The notes under the pieces are model-generated. The model had not been told where the DNA came from and ran no database searches. It saw only the letters and a program-made list of their open reading frames with translations. This document shows positions 56,720 to 64,000 of a stretch of DNA of 64,000 nt, piece after piece; positions within the stretch are counted from its first letter, which is position 1, and the number at the start of each line of letters is the position of its first letter. Where the stretch lies: IMG/VR virus record IMGVR_UViG_3300028886_000075; one strand, 5' to 3'. The stretch comes from a virus (Duplodnaviria; Heunggongvirae; Uroviricota; Caudoviricetes). A program made the translations under genes and the position numbers.

Positions 56720-56972
56720 TTTTGGAATATATAAATCTTTCGGTCTAGTAATTAGTAAAAAAGAATTAGATTATAAAATAAACTATTATTTTGCACCGTT
56801 TTATTTAAAGCCATATTATAAATTTATGGAATGGATAGAACGATGCAGAAGATGGATTCACGCTGACTATAAGCTCAAGTCACAAAATCCATTTCTTGGT
56901 TGCTTTACATTCTTTATGATATTTGTTGTTATAATATTTATGATAGGTATGATTTATATAATTGGAAAGTAA
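56712..56972 (+). CDS. small membrane protein
   Basis: C-terminal TM segment FTFFMIFVVIIFMIGMIYII. Confidence 0.45.
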   Translation: MGDFGIYKSFGLVISKKELDYKINYYFAPFYLKPYYKFMEWIERCRRWIHADYKLKSQNPFLGCFTFFMIFVVIIFMIGMIYIIGK

Positions 56973-56974
56973 TT

Positions 56975-57169
56975 ATGGGAAGAAGAACAAAAGTTAGATT
57001 ATTTTTAGGTCGTTTGAATTATGCAACTGTCTATTTAGATGAGATTAAGAATCTTGAACAGAACTGTAATTATTGGTTTATTGAGATGAAAGATGGAAAT
57101 ATCTGGGAAGATGCAGACCATTTAGTTTTCACAAATGAAGATGTTCTAGTAGGATATCTTGTAAAATAA
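56975..57169 (+). CDS. hypothetical small protein (start moved to the internal ATG after the upstream stop)
   Basis: The ORF-track 56900 start overlaps the upstream gene in another frame. The ATG at 56975 lies 2 nt after that gene's stop. Confidence 0.4.
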   Translation: MGRRTKVRLFLGRLNYATVYLDEIKNLEQNCNYWFIEMKDGNIWEDADHLVFTNEDVLVGYLVK

Positions 57170-57192
57170 TATATTTTTATAAAAATACTTAG

Positions 57193-57420
57193 GTGTTAAA
57201 TATGATTAAAAGATCATTTAAAGATGTAATACGTTCTATTAAAGCAACTGGTGCAATTTATGAATATACTTCAAAAGACGGTATAACACATTATTCAAAT
57301 ACTCCTTTTACTGAAGAAGAAAAAAAGAAATATGATAATACTACAAAAAATAATTTAGATATCATAGTTAATCATTTACGAAAAGAAATTAATAAACGAA
57401 TTAATAAAAGATATCTATAA
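57193..57420 (+). CDS. hypothetical small protein
   Basis: 75-aa ORF. Confidence 0.45.
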   Translation: MLNMIKRSFKDVIRSIKATGAIYEYTSKDGITHYSNTPFTEEEKKKYDNTTKNNLDIIVNHLRKEINKRINKRYL

Positions 57421-57470
57421 AAAATAAATATTGTAAAAATTTTTTTAGATATTTTATAAAAAAATTAAAG

Positions 57471-57505
57471 TTGTTCTATATTATTGAATATATAGAACAA
57501 TTTTG
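57471..57505 (+). terminator. rho-independent terminator (ttgttctatata-tattgaa-tatatagaacaa then TTTTG)
   Basis: Read directly from the sequence. Confidence 0.65.
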
Positions 57506-57540
57506 TTATATCCCACAAAAATATAATAATGGGATAATAA

Positions 57541-58758
57541 GTGAGTAAACAGTTTAATTTAAGTAAGTCTTCGTTAAACGAAATAGAATTATTTTTTGAT
57601 AAGATAGATTCTTTTATTGATGATTATGAATTTTATGATACATTTAAAGAAATTGTATATAAAGATTCTAAAATGATAAAAGATTGTTCGGAAAAATGTA
57701 TTGTAAGTTTTTATATAGAGTCTTGTAAAGATATATTAGAAAAATCTAATTATGAAATATATGAATCTTTTTATAATGATTTAAAATATAAAACAAGATT
57801 AAAACTTGTTGATAAGTTTGTACCAAAAGTTTTATATGATAATAATATTGATATATATTTTAATGAAGTAAAAAGAGAATATATTATGCATCCTATGGGT
57901 GAATCTGAAGATATGGCGTTTGTACCAGAAAATAAAGAAGTTTTTATTAAGAATAATTTAAAACTTGTAATTGATTGTGCAAAACGTTATCAAAATTTAG
58001 GTATTCCATTGGAAGATTTAATACAAGCAGGCAATGAAGGATTATTAATAGCTTTTAATAAATTTGATGGTGAAAGATCAAATTTAAGAAATAATATCAT
58101 AAACGATATAAAGAAATCAGATTTATATTTTTTTAATAAATATGATGCAATAGATATTATTAAAAAAAATTTTCAATATACAAAAACTTTAGAATCAACA
58201 TTAAGTAAATTACCCGAAGAAGGATTTGAATGTAAAGATGATTTTATTGATTGGGCACAAGAAAACATTAAAAAAGCATCGTTTTCATCTATAGGTTTTG
58301 CGTGGATTAAGGCATTTATATTATCTGAAATTAATAAACTTGGAAAGATAATAAGAGTTCCTAAGTCTGCTCAAAAGAAAGGTGTATCTACAGTTAATGT
58401 TTTACGTTTAGATTCAATTAATCCACACACTGATGATTCATATCACGATAATCAAATTTCTTCAGTCGCAAATGAAGAATTTGCTATTGAAGATGAAACA
58501 ATGGAAAATATGGAACGTCAGAATTTATTCAAAGAAATAATTGAACGAATGCTTTGTAATGTTTCTGCATTAGATAGAAGAATAATAAAAAAGAAATTTG
58601 GAATTGATAAACCATTTCCAATGTCAATAAATGAAATAGCAGAAAATGAAGGTTTATCTGCAAATAAAGTTAAGTATAGTATAAGTAATACATTAAAGAT
58701 AATTGAAAAAAATTGTACACCAAATGAACGTAAAACAATAATATCACTTTTGAAGTAA
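57541..58758 (+). CDS. sigma-70-family RNA polymerase sigma factor (second phage-encoded copy; GTG start)
   Basis: Region 2: NKEVFIKNNLKLVIDCAKRYQNLGIPLEDLIQAGNEGLLIAFNKFDGER. Region-4-like HTH: MSINEIAENEGLSANKVKYSISNTLKII. Confidence 0.65.
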   Translation: MSKQFNLSKSSLNEIELFFDKIDSFIDDYEFYDTFKEIVYKDSKMIKDCSEKCIVSFYIESCKDILEKSNYEIYESFYNDLKYKTRLKLVDKFVPKVLYDNNIDIYFNEVKREYIMHPMGESEDMAFVPENKEVFIKNNLKLVIDCAKRYQNLGIPLEDLIQAGNEGLLIAFNKFDGERSNLRNNIINDIKKSDLYFFNKYDAIDIIKKNFQYTKTLESTLSKLPEEGFECKDDFIDWAQENIKKASFSSIGFAWIKAFILSEINKLGKIIRVPKSAQKKGVSTVNVLRLDSINPHTDDSYHDNQISSVANEEFAIEDETMENMERQNLFKEIIERMLCNVSALDRRIIKKKFGIDKPFPMSINEIAENEGLSANKVKYSISNTLKIIEKNCTPNERKTIISLLK

Positions 58759-59282
58759 TGAAAACATTTAAAGATTTAAAAATAGGAGATCATATATATT
58801 ATGTTATTGAACGTAATAAATCACAGCAAAATAATTTTATGTGTCAATTAGGTGATCCCATTATTGATTTTAATTTTATTGCTGAAAATGATTATAAATT
58901 AGAAGATAAATATAAAATATATGATTGTGAAATTATAGATTATATATATCCATCAACATATCAGACACCTGTATATCATATGAAAATGAATGGTAGTAAT
59001 CCTTACGATATAGGATCTTCTTATTGTGAACATATAGATGAACATAACGTTACATTAAAATTAAAAAATTCTTATGGAATAGGATTTATTAAAGTCCCAA
59101 TTGATACTAATGAATATCAAGTATTTACAGGATCATATTATTTTATTAAAAAAGCAGACTCATTAAAATATATTGATAATCTAATTAATAAACGTATAAA
59201 AACCAATATTAATAAAATAAATAAATTAAATAAAGAAATTGAAACATTAAAAGATATACAAAATAAAATTGATATAGAATAA
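58758..59282 (+). CDS. hypothetical protein
   Basis: 174-aa ORF with an ATGA overlap. Confidence 0.5.
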   Translation: MKTFKDLKIGDHIYYVIERNKSQQNNFMCQLGDPIIDFNFIAENDYKLEDKYKIYDCEIIDYIYPSTYQTPVYHMKMNGSNPYDIGSSYCEHIDEHNVTLKLKNSYGIGFIKVPIDTNEYQVFTGSYYFIKKADSLKYIDNLINKRIKTNINKINKLNKEIETLKDIQNKIDIE

Positions 59283-59356
59283 TATTCATATTTTTTTTAA
59301 TATTATTTAAAATTTTAATCCTAAGTACTATATTATAATTATAAAAAATAAATAAT

Positions 59357-60082
59357 ATGGCACTTAGGATTAGTTTTGCAAATAAGTATTATACTCTTTG
59401 GGAATACAATGTATCTTATCGTACTAATGAAAAGGGTATTTTATTTAAAACAGAAAGTTATAGATTCTTACATAATGCATCTAAGGATAAGGATCGTGCA
59501 TTTGCAAAATATCCTGATGCCGTATATGATGAAAATCTACGAGGAAGACATCATAGTTGGTCATATGAAAAACGAATAATTGATTATAATAAGTATCATT
59601 GTGGTAAATATATGGGTATTATGTTTACAGCATCTACTGATTATGATTATATGATGTGGTTCTATAATAATTGTGCTATTGATGAGCAGAAACCTATTAT
59701 TGAACAAATTCTTCTTGAAGAAGGTTATGAATTTGATTATGTAGGTGATACTAAGATATTTATTACACCAAAGGAGGTTGAGAAACGTAAACATTTGGAT
59801 GAACTTGGTAGTAAAGGTAAAACAAAACTTGCACAGGGTATACCGTTCGTAGTTACATTTGCTCGTTCACTTAATGAGGTTGGTGAATATTTTATTAATG
59901 ATCTTCAGATTACATTGAGTTTTGAAAACTATAAGACAATGTATTATGATGGATATTATTATTCATTACCTATTGATGCAAAAGGACATACAAAACGTAT
60001 AAAAAATAAACAGATAATGATTGAGAAATACGAACTAATAAATGAAAATAACGCACTTGTTAAATCTTGGAAGTTTATTTAA
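59357..60082 (+). CDS. hypothetical protein
   Basis: 241-aa ORF. Confidence 0.55.
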   Translation: MALRISFANKYYTLWEYNVSYRTNEKGILFKTESYRFLHNASKDKDRAFAKYPDAVYDENLRGRHHSWSYEKRIIDYNKYHCGKYMGIMFTASTDYDYMMWFYNNCAIDEQKPIIEQILLEEGYEFDYVGDTKIFITPKEVEKRKHLDELGSKGKTKLAQGIPFVVTFARSLNEVGEYFINDLQITLSFENYKTMYYDGYYYSLPIDAKGHTKRIKNKQIMIEKYELINENNALVKSWKFI

Positions 60083-60094
60083 GATTTAACATTT

Positions 60095-60140
60095 ATTCCT
60101 TCATAACTATATTATTTTAAATTAATAGTTATGAAGGAAT
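60095..60140 (+). terminator. 16-bp stem hairpin (attccttcataactat-14nt-atagttatgaaggaat)
   Basis: Read directly from the sequence. There is no clear T-run. Confidence 0.5.
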
Positions 60141-60275
60141 TATGAATATTGGAACATTTAGTATGTTAAATATGATGAGACATAACAATATGATGGAAGA
60201 ACAAAAACGTCGTCATCATAGAATGAGAGAATTAGTTGCTAAACGTAGAAAAGAAAATAATAATGAAGAAGAATG
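60141..60275 (+). CDS. small basic ORF (44 aa), stop overlaps the topoisomerase start (ATGA)
   Basis: Found by manual reading. Confidence 0.3.
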
Positions 60276-62165
60276 ACAAAGAAAATTGAAGAGAAATATC
60301 AGGAATTATCGGAAGTTCAACATATTCTTCAGCGCCCAGGAATGTGGGTAGGTTCAACAAAGTCTGAAGAAAAGGATGCCTTCATTTATAATCATAAGAC
60401 AGGAAAGTTCGAAATGAAAATCGTTAACTATATTCCTGCAATGCTTAAGGTTGTAGATGAGGTCATTTCTAACTCTTGTGATGAGTTCAGACGTAAAGAC
60501 AATATGGGTCTTACTGAACTTTATGTAAAGATTGATAAAGATAATGGAGAAATCATCGTAAGAGATAATGGTGGTATTCCAATTGTTAAGCATAAAGAAG
60601 CAGGAGTATATGTTCCTGAATTTATATTTGGACGTTTAAGAACATCTTCAAACTATGATGATACTGAAGATAGAAATGTAATAGGAACAAATGGTGTAGG
60701 ATCTGCATTGTGTAATGTATTTTCCACATTTTTTGAAATTGAGTCAGCAGATGGTAAAAATGAGTTTCACCGTTCATGGTCTAATAATATGGAGACTTTA
60801 AATGATGATCTTAAAGTTATAAAATGCGGAAAGAAGACTCATTATACACAGACACGTTTCAAATTAGATTTTAGTAGATTTGAAACTGAACTGACAACTT
60901 TTGATAATGACTTTATTAATATAATTCATAAGAGGTGTATTGATGCTGCTGCAGCTAATCCAGGTCTTAAGGTAACATTCAATAGTGGTGGCGAAGATAT
61001 TGAATGGAAATTTAAGAAACTTGATGAATACATTGATCTTTATTCTAATCTTTTGAATATATCTGATAAGATTCCATTTGAAAATGATTTATGTACTGCA
61101 TGGATATTTCCGGATAGTTCTGTTGATGTAGGTTTCGTAAATGGTGCAGAATGTTCAAAAGGTACTCACATGCGAGCTATCCGTCAAGAAATCAATCAGG
61201 CAGTTTGCGATTATCTTATAAAGAAAGATAAGCTTAAGGATTTAACTACACGTGGAGTTGATAATAAGTATTCTGTATTCATTAATATTAATGTATCTAA
61301 TCCTGCATACGATTCGCAAACTAAAGATTGCCTCACAACTCCTATTGATAAGTTTTCAAAAGATGAGAAACTAAAATGGGAAGTAAATGAAAAGTTCTTA
61401 AATAAGATCATTAAGTCTGAAATTGTTGCATTAGTAAGAGATTGGTATAAACAGAAATCTGCAGCTGAGGATGAAAAGGCACTTCGTAAAATCAATAGGG
61501 AAACAAATAAAGGATTGAAACGCCCTGATAAATATATAACATGTTCTTCAAAAGTAAGAGCAAATAAACAACTTTGGGTCTTTGAAGGAGACTCTGCAAA
61601 GGCGGGCTTTAGGGGAGGTCGTAATCCAGAATTTCAAGCAGGATTGATTATGCGAGGAGTTCCATTAAATGTATATGGAATGACTCCTGTTCAGATTATG
61701 AAGAATGAAGTATTTAATGATCTTGTTACCGTACTTGGACTTAAGTGGGGTAAAGAATTCAATATTAATGATCTGAACTTTGGTAAAATTGTTATTGCAA
61801 CTGATGCTGACGTTGATGGTGATAAGATTGCTAGTCTACTATTATGTTTCTTCAATAATTGGCCTGAACTATTTGAAAAGAATATAGTTTGTAGAAGCCT
61901 ATCTCCAATTATCATATCAAGAAAAGGAAAGGACTGCCAGAAATTCTATACAATGGATGAATTTAAAGAAGCTGAAAAGAAACTTAAAGGTTATTCTCAT
62001 AAATATGCGAAAGGTCTTGGTGGTCTATCAAATCAAGAATCAAAGGAAATGTATCAAGATCCTAAATTCTTATATTTCAAAAAAGATGAAGCTGCAGATA
62101 GTATGTTCAGAAAGTGGTTCAATAAGGGAGAATCTGAAGAACGTAAAAATATGTTGAAATATTAA
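60273..62165 (+). CDS. gp39: DNA topoisomerase II large subunit (T4 gp39-like, GyrB-type ATPase plus Toprim)
   Basis: N-terminus LSEVQHILQRPGMWVGS (GyrB/gp39 signature). GHKL ATPase motifs (IVRDNGGIPI..., GTNGVGSAL). Toprim motifs LWVFEGDSA and IATDADVDGDKIASLL. Confidence 0.88.
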   Translation: MTKKIEEKYQELSEVQHILQRPGMWVGSTKSEEKDAFIYNHKTGKFEMKIVNYIPAMLKVVDEVISNSCDEFRRKDNMGLTELYVKIDKDNGEIIVRDNGGIPIVKHKEAGVYVPEFIFGRLRTSSNYDDTEDRNVIGTNGVGSALCNVFSTFFEIESADGKNEFHRSWSNNMETLNDDLKVIKCGKKTHYTQTRFKLDFSRFETELTTFDNDFINIIHKRCIDAAAANPGLKVTFNSGGEDIEWKFKKLDEYIDLYSNLLNISDKIPFENDLCTAWIFPDSSVDVGFVNGAECSKGTHMRAIRQEINQAVCDYLIKKDKLKDLTTRGVDNKYSVFININVSNPAYDSQTKDCLTTPIDKFSKDEKLKWEVNEKFLNKIIKSEIVALVRDWYKQKSAAEDEKALRKINRETNKGLKRPDKYITCSSKVRANKQLWVFEGDSAKAGFRGGRNPEFQAGLIMRGVPLNVYGMTPVQIMKNEVFNDLVTVLGLKWGKEFNINDLNFGKIVIATDADVDGDKIASLLLCFFNNWPELFEKNIVCRSLSPIIISRKGKDCQKFYTMDEFKEAEKKLKGYSHKYAKGLGGLSNQESKEMYQDPKFLYFKKDEAADSMFRKWFNKGESEERKNMLKY

Positions 62166-62167
62166 AT

Positions 62168-63001
62168 ATGAAAAATTTAGGTGATTTAATAAAAGAATCA
62201 TTTATTAATACAGATATTAATGAATATGATAATTATATAATTGAAGGATTAAATATTGATCCTAATGAAAAAATTGTATCATTAACAGATAATCATAATA
62301 AAGGATTAGATTTATCATTAATTAATAATCCTGTATATAGTACATATAAAGGATATAATGTTATTTCTATTTTTAAAAGAACAAAATTATATGATATTAA
62401 TGATGTTCAAAGAGATGGAAATCCATTTATTTATGCATTAAAAAATAAAAATGGATGGAAATTTAAAATAACTGATAAAGAAATACATAAATATATTAAG
62501 AGATTTTTAGAAATATGTAAAAAAATTAAATCTTCATATGATACAATTATAATAACACCATCATCAAGTGATATTAATGAAAAATTTATGAAAGTAATAT
62601 CTAATCAAGTTAATTGTAAAGATATTATTAATGAATATTTTGTAAAATTATCTAAAGAAGAAATAATTGATGATGATTTAATTGATAAAGATCAAATTCA
62701 AAATGATTATGGAAATGATTATACTAAAGTTTTAGCAGAAATTAATAGAAGTTTTAGACGAATGAAAGGTGAATCATTTGAAGCTAAATATATTAAAAAG
62801 GAATATTTAAAATATATTAAATATATATCAACAAATTCAAATGATAATATAAGAGATAAAATAGATAATAAGGATATTTTATTATTAGATGATACTATAT
62901 CATCTGGAGAAACATTAAGTCAATGTATAGAAGGTATAATATCAAATTTTAATCCAAAATCAATTACAATTATAACATTATTATCACAGCTTAATGAATA
63001 A
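62168..63001 (+). CDS. type I phosphoribosyltransferase-fold protein, CTS-like N-terminus (MKNLGDLIKES)
   Basis: The C-terminal PRPP-binding motif DILLLDDTISSGETL matches the PRTase / PRPP-synthetase signature. Confidence 0.55.
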   Translation: MKNLGDLIKESFINTDINEYDNYIIEGLNIDPNEKIVSLTDNHNKGLDLSLINNPVYSTYKGYNVISIFKRTKLYDINDVQRDGNPFIYALKNKNGWKFKITDKEIHKYIKRFLEICKKIKSSYDTIIITPSSSDINEKFMKVISNQVNCKDIINEYFVKLSKEEIIDDDLIDKDQIQNDYGNDYTKVLAEINRSFRRMKGESFEAKYIKKEYLKYIKYISTNSNDNIRDKIDNKDILLLDDTISSGETLSQCIEGIISNFNPKSITIITLLSQLNE

Positions 63002-63028
63002 ACTTTATAGAAAATATATATCTAAATT

Positions 63029-64000
63029 ATGAAAACAATTAAAGAATATTTAGAAGATCAATTATATCAAGACTTATGCTATACATACACTGAAATAGAT
63101 GAATCTGGTGGGTTATATGATGGTCAATTAGAATTATCTACTAAAATTACTAATGATATAGAAAATAAGTTATCAAATACACTTAAATATAAATATAATG
63201 ACTTTAATATAAAAAATATATATTTTAATGAACTAGATATTAACATAACATATTTTGATGCAACAAATCATACAGTTAATGTCATATGTTTAATTGATTT
63301 TATATCAAGTGATAATAAGTGGGATGATTTTAAAAAATATAATTTTGATAAAGAAACAAATAGATTGAATAAAATTACTATTGATTTAAAATGCCCTAAA
63401 CAAGTAAATATATATTATGATAATATAAGATCTAGAATTTCGCATGAACTAAATCATGGATATGTATATTGGCAAATTATTAAAGATGATTTTTCAGAAA
63501 AAAATGTTGTTCCGGATAATTATCATAATAAATTACATGAATGGTCAAATAATATATATAATAAAATTACAAAACATATTAAAACCCCGACAAATAATGA
63601 AGCTGAACAAATTTGTTATAATTTAATTTATACTTTAACAAGATATGAACGAAATGCATTTTTATCAGAAATAATTACATATCTATTTGATAGGAATAAT
63701 GTTTTTAAAAATATAAATGATTTAAAAAGCGAATTAAATAAATCTACACAATATAAATTATATACTGATGAAGGACCAAAAATAATAGATATAATTAAAA
63801 AACATTGGTCTAAAGATAAACAGCAAATATTAGCAAACGCATATAATAAAATATATAATACAAAATACACTTCAGGAAAAATTATAAATTTATTAGAATT
63901 TAAAATTGAAGAAACAATTAAAAAAATAAATAAAAATATAAATACATTATCAAGAAAATATAAAAATGAAATAAATGAAACTATAAGTTATATACATTTT
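63029..64000 (+). CDS. hypothetical protein with an HExxH motif (SHELNHGYVYW), CTS-like N-terminus (MKTIKEYLED); 3-prime partial at the window end
   Basis: Open frame with no stop through the end of the window. Translated manually. Not in the ORF track because it has no stop. Confidence 0.5.
   Translation, partial: MKTIKEYLEDQLYQDLCYTYTEIDESGGLYDGQLELSTKITNDIENKLSNTLKYKYNDFNIKNIYFNELDINITYFDATNHTVNVICLIDFISSDNKWDDFKKYNFDKETNRLNKITIDLKCPKQVNIYYDNIRSRISHELNHGYVYWQIIKDDFSEKNVVPDNYHNKLHEWSNNIYNKITKHIKTPTNNEAEQICYNLIYTLTRYERNAFLSEIITYLFDRNNVFKNINDLKSELNKSTQYKLYTDEGPKIIDIIKKHWSKDKQQILANAYNKIYNTKYTSGKIINLLEFKIEETIKKINKNINTLSRKYKNEINETISYIHF

Noticed and set aside
56900-56974. ORF-track start of 56900-57169, which overlaps 56712-56972 in another frame
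   Set aside because: The internal ATG at 56975 lies 2 nt after the upstream stop and gives a non-overlapping gene. The upstream extension is probably spurious.
63628-63870. Minus-strand 80-aa ORF near the window end
   Set aside because: Antisense to the open plus-strand frame 63029-64000 that carries the conserved CTS-like start.
1-64000. Possibility of an alternative genetic code (TAG or TGA reassignment), as in some large gut phages
   Set aside because: ORFs of 1-6.5 kb are uninterrupted under the standard code and end in TAA or TGA. TAG is simply rare, as expected at this AT content. There is no pattern of in-frame TAG-split genes.

Overview
This is an AT-rich (about 27-28% GC), densely packed, mostly plus-strand segment of a T4-like (Straboviridae-type) myovirus genome. 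The host is probably a low-GC bacterium. By-eye homology to T4 proteins identifies a structural and morphogenesis block: a beta-helix tail fibre (11326-13524), a giant 2188-aa virion protein with leucine-rich-repeat (LRR) repeats (13752-20318), a gp21-type prohead protease with an acidic tandem-repeat tail (20490-22193), a gp23-type major capsid protein (22301-24058), a gp18-type tail sheath (24326-27385) and a gp19-type tail tube (27469-28080). TATAAATA late-promoter-like motifs and strong hairpin terminators lie around these genes. Replication and recombination functions are a UvsW-like SF2 helicase on the minus strand (33423-35213) and a gp39-type topoisomerase II ATPase/Toprim subunit (60273-62165). 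Other recognisable genes are two sigma-70-family factors (37731-38894, 57541-58758), an Rnl1-like RNA ligase plus a polynucleotide-kinase-like P-loop kinase, an archaeal-type NMN adenylyltransferase next to a macro domain and a PspC-domain membrane protein, and two MazG-like NTP pyrophosphohydrolases. There is also an SPFH/flotillin protein with a long Ala/Glu/Lys coiled coil, and five BspA-family repeat proteins (three DUF285-type, two LRR_5-type). The most striking feature is that about 24 otherwise unrelated ORFs in three clusters (1541-5457, 39103-45840, 62168-end) share a conserved N-terminal decapeptide, MK[DNQS][IL]K[DEQN][FY]I[NLS]E. This closely resembles the T4 capsid targeting sequence (IPIII MKTYQEFIAE, recalled from memory), which the gp21 protease cleaves after (L/I)-x-E. 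The motif predicts a greatly expanded repertoire of head-packaged, co-injected internal proteins. These include a kinase, a ParB-like nuclease, a phosphoribosyltransferase, HExxH proteins and the DUF285 proteins. No rRNA, tRNA, CRISPR array or transposon was found.
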